From NCBI GenBank assembly GCA_039630545.1, contig JBCNUU010000003.1, positions 1-64,000 on the forward strand: DNA of 64,000 nucleotides. The letters are read 5' to 3'. The stretch is from Endomicrobiia bacterium. Its GTDB lineage: Bacteria; Elusimicrobiota; Endomicrobiia; DTEH01. The translations under genes were made by a program, and so were the position numbers. Under the pieces are notes generated by a model, which saw nothing but the letters and a program-made list of their open reading frames with translations, was not told the origin of the DNA and made no database searches. Shown piece after piece: positions 9,097 to 17,983 of this stretch. Positions within the stretch are counted from its first letter, which is position 1; every line of letters starts with the position of its first letter.

Positions 9097-10509
9097 TCAC
9101 CACCAGTATTTGATGGAGTAGGTGATTGTTTCTTCTTTTTCTTTCTCAACAGGTACTATAAACTCTATTGTGTCAACATCTCTTTTGGTCCATTTGTGGC
9201 TGGAGTCAAGTATCTTCCAGTTGGATGCATAGTGGTGTTCTACCACGACTACTTCTATGTTTTCTTTTTTCCTGTTTTTAATTTTTATTTCTATTTTTAG
9301 CTCCTGTGTGTTAGAGGTTGCTTTCCTATCTAAAAGTTTTCTTTCGCCTACTATGTCAAAGGCGTTGCCTAGATATATTCTTATTGTTTCATCTTTTGGT
9401 GTGTGGTCTATCTGGTCTTCTCCAATAAATTGCAACATATCTTCCTCGTCTTTTTTATATACACGCATTTTGCCTTTTGGAAGTGGTATTCCTAAGTTGT
9501 TTTCTTTTGAGTTTTTAAACTCAAGCATAACCCAGACTTTTTTGTTGCATCTATCTCCATATAAATCATCCGATGTGGAAACTGCATCCCACCAGCTAAA
9601 TTTTGCTGCATCATATATGTATAACTTCTTTGTAGCAACTTCTGTTGCTTTCACAAATTCTATTTGCTTTTTTTCATTGTCTTTGATGGTTGTTTTTCTT
9701 TGGAGTGTGTAGATATGATATTCAAAGAATTCTTGTTGTTTAAACTGTGGTGCTTCTGCTTCAGCAGGAACTGCTTTTAAAAAAATCTCTCTTCTTATGC
9801 CTGCTTTAGTGTCAATTCTGTGGATATCTCCGGCTATTAGTTTAAGTTTTGCGTCTTTGTATGTGGCTCCACTTTGATTATCTATTGTTACCCAGCCTGT
9901 GATATCTAACATTTTGTCATGTTTGTCTACAACTAACACATAATCAGCCATCCAATTTATGCCGTTTGTTAAATAAGAAATTTCAATTAAGTGTTTTGCT
10001 TCTTTTTTGTTTGAAATCAACCAGCTTAAAGTTGGTTTTGTTATTAGTCCTTCTGGTAGCTCAGGAAGGACTATTATTCCTTGTGGGTTAAGGTAAATTT
10101 TGTCGCCAATTTTTATGACTTTCCCATCATGGATACTAAGAAGGATACCTTTTTTTGTTATTTCTTTTGTTGTGTCTTTTTCCTGTAGGTATTCTTTTAT
10201 TTCTATTTCTTTATCAATATATTTTTCAAGAAGTTTATACTGCGAGATTAAATCATAATCAAAACTTTGTTCTAATATAAAACAATCTTCTGGAAAACTA
10301 AGTGACTTAAAATGTACAGATGTTGGGTCTATCTGGCTTGCTACATCCTGGATTTTTATAAGTTGTGTTCCTTTTTTAAGTTCTATTTCTCTTTTTTCTT
10401 TAACAAGTGCTAAGTTCTGGTTGTATACGGTGAGTTCTACTTCTTTTTGTTGTTGAGTGAAAAGCCATGAATAAATTAATAATAAAAAAAATATTAATTT
10501 GTGTTTCAT
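9097..10509 (-). CDS. DUF4139 domain secreted protein
   Basis: Signal peptide, LTVYNQNLALVKE, SYLT.G..W.ADY, LGIPLPKGK.RVY, FIGEDQIDHTP. Confidence 0.85.
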   Translation of the reverse strand: MKHKLIFFLLLIYSWLFTQQQKEVELTVYNQNLALVKEKREIELKKGTQLIKIQDVASQIDPTSVHFKSLSFPEDCFILEQSFDYDLISQYKLLEKYIDKEIEIKEYLQEKDTTKEITKKGILLSIHDGKVIKIGDKIYLNPQGIIVLPELPEGLITKPTLSWLISNKKEAKHLIEISYLTNGINWMADYVLVVDKHDKMLDITGWVTIDNQSGATYKDAKLKLIAGDIHRIDTKAGIRREIFLKAVPAEAEAPQFKQQEFFEYHIYTLQRKTTIKDNEKKQIEFVKATEVATKKLYIYDAAKFSWWDAVSTSDDLYGDRCNKKVWVMLEFKNSKENNLGIPLPKGKMRVYKKDEEDMLQFIGEDQIDHTPKDETIRIYLGNAFDIVGERKLLDRKATSNTQELKIEIKIKNRKKENIEVVVVEHHYASNWKILDSSHKWTKRDVDTIEFIVPVEKEKEETITYSIKYWW

Positions 10510-10515
10510 TTTTCT

Positions 10516-12612
10516 CTATTTTAGCACTGTGATTTTGCTTTTTTTTACTTTTCCATTTTTATATTTTGCTTCGTATATGTAAAAACCTGTTTTAAGTATT
10601 TTTTGGTTAAATGTTTTCGGGTCACCTTCAAATATCAGTTTTCCCTTTGAATCATATATCTTTATTATTTCCAAATCATCTTCCCAGATTATTACATCAT
10701 TTTTGTTATCTGAATTGTTTGTAACTAAAATCAAATCTTTTTTATTATAGGACTCTGTTAGCTCAAAATTAGCAATAATTGTTTTATGCGAATCAAGATT
10801 TATCAGAAGTGGATTTTTAAAACTCTTAACATCTCCACTCCAACTCTTAAAACGCCATCCCTCTTTTGGTTTAGCGACAACCACAACCTTAGTAGATGCT
10901 ATGTATAATTCTTGATCAGGAATTTTTTCTACATCAGCTGCTTGGGGTGGATTAATTATAGTGTTTAACCTCACAATTTCTTCAGTAAATGAATAAACTC
11001 TTACATAGTCAATCTCCATCTTCTGAGGAAAAATGCTGTCATCTACTCCATAAAGTCCACCCCAGCTGCCACCTACGGCTATGTTCAGTATTAGATGAAA
11101 CTTCTGATTAAATGGCCATACTTTATAGTCATCACTTTCTTTATTAAAACTAAAAACTTTAAGCATATCTCCTGTGTCTCTTTTTACATAGAAATCAATT
11201 TTTTGAGGTGTCCATTCACATATGTAAGTATAAAAGACTTCCTGCGGTGGAGGATTTAAAACTAAAGAGCCTCCTTTTTGTGTGCCTAGAAGGTGGTTGT
11301 AGTTTGCTGTATGAACTGTCGAGTGAACTCTTGCAGGCTCAAAACCAACGCATTCCATAATATCTATTTCTCCACTATTAGGCCAAACTCCATAGATGTT
11401 ATCCGTAGGCAACATCCAAATAGCAGGCCAAACTCCTCTGCCTGTAGGAAGTTTTGCTCTTATCTCAAACCTACCATACAGCCAATCTCCTTTACCTCTA
11501 CTTACTAACCTTGCAGATGTGTAGTTGTTGCCTTCATAGGACTCCTTCTTTGCCTCTATTATGAGATGTCCATTATCTACTCTGACATTTTCTAACCTGT
11601 CTGTGTAATACTGTAACTCATTATTTCCCCAACCATGTCCACCTATGTCGTAATCCCATTTGTAGCTGTCAGGAGAACCTTCATAGTTAAACTCATCATT
11701 CCATATTAACTTTGGGACCACAGTTATTCTATCTAAAGCTCTGTTTGATACGTAAGGAATATAGCCTTTCTTCAAAGCTTTACTATAAAAATCATCAATT
11801 AAATCTTGTCGTGTGATGTAGTCAATTACAAGAACCAATTTGCCTGCTTTCTGGAATCTGTCTAGATGCTGAATTGACCAGTCTGCCCAGTTTGTTGGAG
11901 TGTTATCATTGTACCACAAATCCTCTTTTCCTATGCCATTTACTGTTTCAACATAGTCCTGATGGACAGATAAACCTTCTGCATTTTGAGGAAATACGCC
12001 AAAATTTTGTTTTCCTTTAGTTATTCTTGCGTACTGCGCTATAGATTTTACAAACTCCACCATCTCTCTTTCAGCAGTAGATCTATTTAAACCACTTTCT
12101 CCTCCTGGACCCCAGTATTCATAAGCATCAACTATATCAAGATAAACTCCATCAAATCCAGCCTCGATTATCTTGTCTAAGTATTCAAAAATAATCTGCT
12201 GCCACTGAGGATACCAGTATTTCACTTTATAGTTATCAAGCCATTGAGGATTAGCAGGACCTAACCATTCAGGTGCATCTGAATCTGGAATACCATCGTT
12301 GTTTTTATCCCAGTTGGGATTCCAGTACCATCTATATGTTTCTGCTTCACCTATACTCAAATAACTTAAAACTAACTTTCTACCATATGGGCTATTTTTA
12401 AGATTTTCTATTTCCTGTTTTGTGTATCTGTTTTCATCTGTGCCATCTTTTGAGTAATCCATAATTATTAAATCAAACTTTGTGTTTCTTACTTCCTCTA
12501 TGTTCAGGTTTTGAAGTTGATAAAGGAAATCACAAACATTGTTCCAACTATTACAGAAAATGTTCTGGAGAGCTAAAAAAATAGAAAGCTTCAGATAAAA
12601 TTTTTTAATCAT
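10516..12612 (-). CDS. Secreted bifunctional glycoside hydrolase: GH114/MJ1477-like + GH16 beta-1,3-glucanase + InlB-B-like repeat + C-terminal sorting-like domain
   Basis: SYLSIGEAE and GFDGVYLD (GH114-like); WPAIW and GEIDIME (GH16 catalytic motif); GWRFKSWSGD repeat; IKIYDSKGKLI...TGFYIY tail. Confidence 0.85.
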   Translation of the reverse strand: MIKKFYLKLSIFLALQNIFCNSWNNVCDFLYQLQNLNIEEVRNTKFDLIIMDYSKDGTDENRYTKQEIENLKNSPYGRKLVLSYLSIGEAETYRWYWNPNWDKNNDGIPDSDAPEWLGPANPQWLDNYKVKYWYPQWQQIIFEYLDKIIEAGFDGVYLDIVDAYEYWGPGGESGLNRSTAEREMVEFVKSIAQYARITKGKQNFGVFPQNAEGLSVHQDYVETVNGIGKEDLWYNDNTPTNWADWSIQHLDRFQKAGKLVLVIDYITRQDLIDDFYSKALKKGYIPYVSNRALDRITVVPKLIWNDEFNYEGSPDSYKWDYDIGGHGWGNNELQYYTDRLENVRVDNGHLIIEAKKESYEGNNYTSARLVSRGKGDWLYGRFEIRAKLPTGRGVWPAIWMLPTDNIYGVWPNSGEIDIMECVGFEPARVHSTVHTANYNHLLGTQKGGSLVLNPPPQEVFYTYICEWTPQKIDFYVKRDTGDMLKVFSFNKESDDYKVWPFNQKFHLILNIAVGGSWGGLYGVDDSIFPQKMEIDYVRVYSFTEEIVRLNTIINPPQAADVEKIPDQELYIASTKVVVVAKPKEGWRFKSWSGDVKSFKNPLLINLDSHKTIIANFELTESYNKKDLILVTNNSDNKNDVIIWEDDLEIIKIYDSKGKLIFEGDPKTFNQKILKTGFYIYEAKYKNGKVKKSKITVLK

Positions 12613-12758
12613 CAGATCTTTTTTGACAATTATTCAAGTTGTAATAATTTTCTATATAAAATAACTCACAGAATTTCAACATAAAATTTTTTGAGAAACT
12701 ATTGAAAGTTATAATATAATTTTATTTTTATAGCAAAAACAAAATAATGGAGGAGGAT

Positions 12759-14354
12759 ATGAAAACAAAAGTATTAATTTTTTGTTGGTTTTTTGCAATG
12801 TTTAGTTTGCTGTTAGAAGCTTCAGATGCTGTTGTAGCTAACTACACAGGGAAGGTTCTTGTTTGGCAGGATAACAAATGGAAAAACATTACTAAAAAAG
12901 GTCTTATCTTAAAAGAAAAAGACAAAATTAAAACTTTAAATAAATCAAAAGTAATCTTACTCTTCAAAAATGGCTCAACAATAATAATAGGAGAAAATTC
13001 TCAAGTAACCATATACGAACTATTAAACAATATCTCTTTAATTTTGGACGAAGGGGAAATAAGGAGTCAAGTTATAGGTTTACAACAAAATCAAACATTT
13101 GAAGTAAAAACTCCAATCTCGGTTGCATCTGTTAGAGGAACTGAATTTATACTAAGCCATATTGGAAATCAAACCGAACTTATAGTAGTTGAAGGAAAAG
13201 TTACACTCTATGATAATTCAGGAAATTCTTATAGTAAATCAACTTGAAGTTGTAGTGGTAGACAACAAAGGACTTGTCAAAAAAAAGAAATGATTGAAGC
13301 AGACAAAATAAAAATCTTTCTTATGAACTTAAAGAATTTGGAGGATTAAAAGAGATATTAGATGAAGAAATTGAAAAACCAAAAATTTCAGAAAAGCAAA
13401 AATTAGCTTTCTCAAAATAATTCATTGGTGAGGTTAGAAAAGAAAAATTTTACTTAACAGAAATATTTGAACAAACAAAGGATGTTGATTCAACAAGGCA
13501 ACAGAACCCTTAATAAGATGTACATGGAAATCTTACAAGAGATAGAAAAACAGGCTATATCAAGAGAAAAACCCAATTCCATAGAATTCATAAACCTGAC
13601 AAAAAGAAACGATTATAAATATAATGGTTATTTTAAAGATTACGCCTCAGAAGTAATTTCAAAAAAACCAAGGATAGACATCTTAAAACTTGGGATAGAG
13701 TTTAGTCAACCCCTTCCTCAGAGGCTAACACAACTTCACTCATATATACTTAAGGAAAACAGAGATTCTTTGAATTTTTATATAAAAAGAGTATATCTTG
13801 AACTTAGCAATAAATCTTTTAACTCTTCTGACAAACTGCTTCAGGAGGTAGTTTTTGAAAAAGTTAAAGAAAATAACGAAGAAAAGCTGGAAGTGAAGTT
13901 CAATATGTTAATATCTAACGGATATCAAACATACGAAATAGATACTGATTATGATGAAGAACTTAAAGGTGAACTTCCTCAGCCTTTAAACAAAGAAATT
14001 TTAGATGGGAAATTATGGACCTGGAGTAAGATACCTTTACCTCTTAAACAAGATATAAACTCAGATGGCACAGTAAACAACCAGGATATCGTCTGGATGG
14101 TCACTGAAAATTATCTGATACAAAACAGTGGAGAAGTTTTAACTCCTAAATTTTTTATATCAAACAACTTTAAAGATCCATTTTCTCTAATTAAAGAGGT
14201 TGCAATTGAGAGTATTGTTTTTATTAGAAAAAACGACAATACCAACTTTTTTAAAAGAAACATAGATGTTGTTGGAACTTTTGATATCATTTTAAACTTA
14301 ACAAAACAAGTGGCTCTCTCTATTAGCGGAGTTTTAAGTGGTTCAGAAAATTAG
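12759..14354 (+). pseudogene. FecR-domain protein gene, disrupted
   Basis: FecR motif FEVKTPISVASVRGTEF in the 5' ORF. Coding-like sequence continues through 13247-13540 with several frameshifts and an in-frame TAA, then joins ORF 13467..14354. Confidence 0.65.
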
Positions 14355-14406
14355 TCTTGTATTGTGGTGTACTGACAAAAACCTCCATTAACAAAAGGAG
14401 ATTTTT

Positions 14407-15135
14407 ATGAAAAAAGCTATTTTATTTATTTTTTTAACTATTTTTTTTAATAAAGTAGCTATAGGAATAGAAGAGGAACTTATAGATGCTGGTTTTAGAT
14501 TTTTAGAAAATCCAGCAGATTTATTTTTTAATTTAGGACAAAACATAGAAGATACCTCTCCAGTTTTAGCAAAAGATTTTAAAGGAATAAAGAATAAATA
14601 TATTACAATAAGGACAACCATCCTGCCTGTGTTTCTTCCTGTAACTTTAGGAAACTTAGCTGTAAAGATAAGAATAAATAGTGAAAAGGACTATATTCCT
14701 CAGGTTGGTTTTTCTTTTGGTTTTGGAAGAGTTTTAATATTTGATTTTATACCAACCGAAGATATTCCTAAACCACAAAATATGGCATACTACTACAGTT
14801 TAGTTATTTCAAAAACTTTTGAGGATACTATAATTTATCTTGGAACAAAATATTCGGAATTTAGCATAAAACTAAAACTATCAGAACAACTTGAATTTTA
14901 TGGAGAAAAAATAGATGAGTTCAACTTTAATGCTAATGATATATTTTTATTCTCAGGAATAATGTTACCAAAAAGAAACAAAGTAGTTTTTGCGCAGATG
15001 GGGTATGGTTTTAAATACAGAAAAATAGTTGCAAGGTTAGCTGCTGAATATAACTCAGTTCAGCTGGGTCTTGATATATTTCCAGAAGGTCTTTTAGTTC
15101 TTCATCCATATTTTGCTTTGAGTATAAAATTTTAA
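14407..15135 (+). CDS. Hypothetical exported protein, probable outer-membrane beta-barrel
   Basis: Signal peptide, alternating beta-strand pattern, C-terminal Phe; AAGGAG RBS. Confidence 0.6.
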   Translation: MKKAILFIFLTIFFNKVAIGIEEELIDAGFRFLENPADLFFNLGQNIEDTSPVLAKDFKGIKNKYITIRTTILPVFLPVTLGNLAVKIRINSEKDYIPQVGFSFGFGRVLIFDFIPTEDIPKPQNMAYYYSLVISKTFEDTIIYLGTKYSEFSIKLKLSEQLEFYGEKIDEFNFNANDIFLFSGIMLPKRNKVVFAQMGYGFKYRKIVARLAAEYNSVQLGLDIFPEGLLVLHPYFALSIKF

Positions 15136-15154
15136 TTCTACAGGAGAAATTTTT

Positions 15155-16345
15155 ATGAAAGAAAGAAATATATTTTTTGTAAATACTTTTATTTTATTAT
15201 GTTTTTGTTATGCTTTTTCCAGATGGTTACCTTATTATTCATTTAATTTTTCTGAAGGAATATACATCCCATCAACAGGTAGATACGGCTTTACAACTGT
15301 GTTATCAAATGATGTTGGTTTTACTGTTAAAATTAAAGAAGAACATAACAGTTTCTTTTATTACAGATTAAACTATGAAGGCCCTGGTTTTAAACGTCAA
15401 GAAGGAGAAAAATTTGAACAAAGGACGATAGGACACATTTTAGTTCTACAACATAACTACCAATATAAAAATTTCTTATTTAAAACAAAATTCAATTACT
15501 TATATGACTTCTGGCGAACAGGAACAAACGAAGCATGGGGGTTCGGACTTTATGATAATGAAGTTATAGGAATTTCAGAAGAGCTAGAGTTTAAAGTTAA
15601 TAACGAACTAAACATTAAAACAAAGTTTGGGTATAATTTTGTAAAATTTCCTAACTATACAAGTATTATAGAAGAATATCTCTTTGGTTCTGAAGAAACT
15701 GCAGCAGGAAAGCAAGACAACAATATGTTCATAATTAACTTAAACTGTAAATATAAACTTCACAACTTTACTTTAAACACAATCATACAAAACTACATAG
15801 AGCAAAAAGTTTTAACCCAAAGTGGGGTTTTTTCTAACGAAAAACAAAAAGATACTACATTAGAGTTCAGTTATTATCCTGATAAGATTAAAATATCTAA
15901 TTTTATATTTTTCTCACCAGATTTAACTATAAAACATAAAGATTCAAACCAGAGCTTTTTATACATTAAATCTTATGATGTTTTTGTTTCTACACCTGAA
16001 GTGGTAGAGAATTACTTTGACTATGTAAAATTTTCTTTTTCATTACCTTTTGATTTCAGAATTAAGAAAACAAAAACTCTATCTTTTGTTCCAGAGTTTG
16101 AACTCACTTCGTATCTTTCCAGATCTCCAAGAGACGAAAACAACAACTTTATTTCTAACAAAAAACAACAAAACCAAAAAGTCATAGCTTCATTAGTTTA
16201 TAACTCTTACTCACAAAACGAAAGAAGTGTTTTTAGTATTTTTTATTCTTACTTTTATCAAACCTCAAATATGAAATTTGAAAAGTACTACCCTTATAAT
16301 TATTCTGGCCATTATTTTGGAATAAAGGTTAGCTACACTTATTAA
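15155..16345 (+). CDS. Hypothetical exported protein, probable outer-membrane beta-barrel
   Basis: Signal peptide, aromatic-rich, ends FGIKVSYTY (beta-signal-like). Confidence 0.65.
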   Translation: MKERNIFFVNTFILLCFCYAFSRWLPYYSFNFSEGIYIPSTGRYGFTTVLSNDVGFTVKIKEEHNSFFYYRLNYEGPGFKRQEGEKFEQRTIGHILVLQHNYQYKNFLFKTKFNYLYDFWRTGTNEAWGFGLYDNEVIGISEELEFKVNNELNIKTKFGYNFVKFPNYTSIIEEYLFGSEETAAGKQDNNMFIINLNCKYKLHNFTLNTIIQNYIEQKVLTQSGVFSNEKQKDTTLEFSYYPDKIKISNFIFFSPDLTIKHKDSNQSFLYIKSYDVFVSTPEVVENYFDYVKFSFSLPFDFRIKKTKTLSFVPEFELTSYLSRSPRDENNNFISNKKQQNQKVIASLVYNSYSQNERSVFSIFYSYFYQTSNMKFEKYYPYNYSGHYFGIKVSYTY

Positions 16346-16421
16346 ACTTATTAAAAAATTAATAAACTCTGAATAGTTTTATAGTAAAATTAATTAAAGC
16401 TTCTAAGGCATTTCATTATGA

Positions 16422-16937
16422 TTAATTTCTAAGCCAGGTTTCAATATAGTTTTTTATAGAATCATAGTTCTGTCTTGTAAGTTCCAAAATCTCTGTGTTT
16501 TGCAATGATTTAATTTTATCTGTGAAGCTGTCTGAAGTAAACTTCAAAGTAGCAAGGACTTTTTTAGATGAAACAAGACATCTTAAAACTATTTCTTTAA
16601 ACTTTTCTGAAAAAAGCTCCATTTTGCCTATTTCATCTATCAGAATAATTTCTTTTGTTTCCAGCGCCTCAATTAAAGATTTCACACCAATGGTTTCTAA
16701 AACTTCTAAGTTTACTCCGTATGAACCCACTTTGTATTTTGACTTAAAATCTTTTGAGGCAAAAACTTCTTTTTTACCATCGGTTGTGCATATTAAAAAT
16801 CCTTTTCTTACACCACCTTCACGAAACTCTTTTGTGTAAAACCCACCAAATTTCTCTGGATATTTGTTAAATATCTCTATAACAAGCGTTGTTTTGCCAA
16901 CACCTGGCTTTCCTGAGATAAACAAATTTTTAGCCAT
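16422..16937 (-). CDS. Nucleoside-triphosphatase THEP1/NTPase_1 family
   Basis: GKPGVGKTT, GGFYT.E.R, IDEIGKMEL. Confidence 0.92.
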   Translation of the reverse strand: MAKNLFISGKPGVGKTTLVIEIFNKYPEKFGGFYTKEFREGGVRKGFLICTTDGKKEVFASKDFKSKYKVGSYGVNLEVLETIGVKSLIEALETKEIILIDEIGKMELFSEKFKEIVLRCLVSSKKVLATLKFTSDSFTDKIKSLQNTEILELTRQNYDSIKNYIETWLRN

Positions 16938-16938
16938 T

Positions 16939-17706
16939 TTATATCAGATTTATTCTTGTAACCTCAAGCGATTCATTTACTTTCAAAAATTCTCCATCTT
17001 GCAATTGAAGCCAGTTTTCATCAGTAGTAACTTTTTCAGAAGCTACTAAAACTGCTTTTTCTTTAGCAAGACGCTTTGACTCTATTAAAGCAAGTGTTTG
17101 TTTAGATTTTGCATGAAAAGGCAACTGCGGGTTGCGTTCAAGATACCATAAAGAATACTTCCAACAAAAAGCATATAACTTTTTGCCATCAGACATTACA
17201 AAATTTGCACCATCGTCATCTTTTGTAACTTCAAGAAGAGCTTTTTTTAGACCTTTAAAAAAATCGCTTTCTTCTTCAACACATTGAAGGATATATCTAA
17301 AATAAACCTCTGAATCAATTGGTTCACTTGTGAAGTTTAAGTTGTAGGGAGCATTTAGCAACTCTTTAATTCTTTGTTTGTTTATAGTTCCGTTATGCGC
17401 AAAAATCCAGTTTTTGTAAACAAAAGGATGGGAATTTTCTTTAACAGCGGGTCTTCCATTTGAAGCCAGACGCACATGAGCAACTATAATTTTTGACTTT
17501 AATTCTTTTACAACCTCATCAAATTTAGAAGATAAAAACGCACTTTCTGGATATTTCTCAACTTTTGCTTCAGCATTTTCATACCAACCAACACCCCAAC
17601 CATCAGGATTTCCTTTAGCTTTGCTTTTAAAATTATTCTCTGCTTCAAACATAGAAAACTTAACATCCACCTCTTTGTTTGCTATTAATCCAAATAATCT
17701 ACACAT
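16939..17706 (-). CDS. Class II glutamine amidotransferase (YafJ/EgtC-like)
   Basis: N-terminal MCR, DGWG, AHVR.AS, NSHPF, FAHNG, DSE. Start moved to 17706 so that Cys is residue 2. Confidence 0.9.
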   Translation of the reverse strand: MCRLFGLIANKEVDVKFSMFEAENNFKSKAKGNPDGWGVGWYENAEAKVEKYPESAFLSSKFDEVVKELKSKIIVAHVRLASNGRPAVKENSHPFVYKNWIFAHNGTINKQRIKELLNAPYNLNFTSEPIDSEVYFRYILQCVEEESDFFKGLKKALLEVTKDDDGANFVMSDGKKLYAFCWKYSLWYLERNPQLPFHAKSKQTLALIESKRLAKEKAVLVASEKVTTDENWLQLQDGEFLKVNESLEVTRINLI

Positions 17707-17983
17707 AGTTTTTTTATTAAAATAAATTTTACATAATAAACTTTTGTCTACTAACAGAGCTAACAAATTTTTTAAAATTTTGTTAATCTAAAGTTGACAA
17801 TTTTGTACATAAGTATAATTTTTGAAACAAAATTAATCCTACAAAAACTTCCTTATGTAGCAATCAATAGTCTTTTGGTCCCACCCTGTAGTTTCTTTAA
17901 GGCCTTGTTTTATAATTTCAAGGTATTTTTAAAGAGCACGCTTTAGCTTTAAAATTTTAATTGCTATTTGTTACCAAACTAAA

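Noticed and set aside
17794..17819. TTGACA...TATAAT promoter-like pair
   Set aside because: Spacer is only 14 bp and no plus-strand gene follows.
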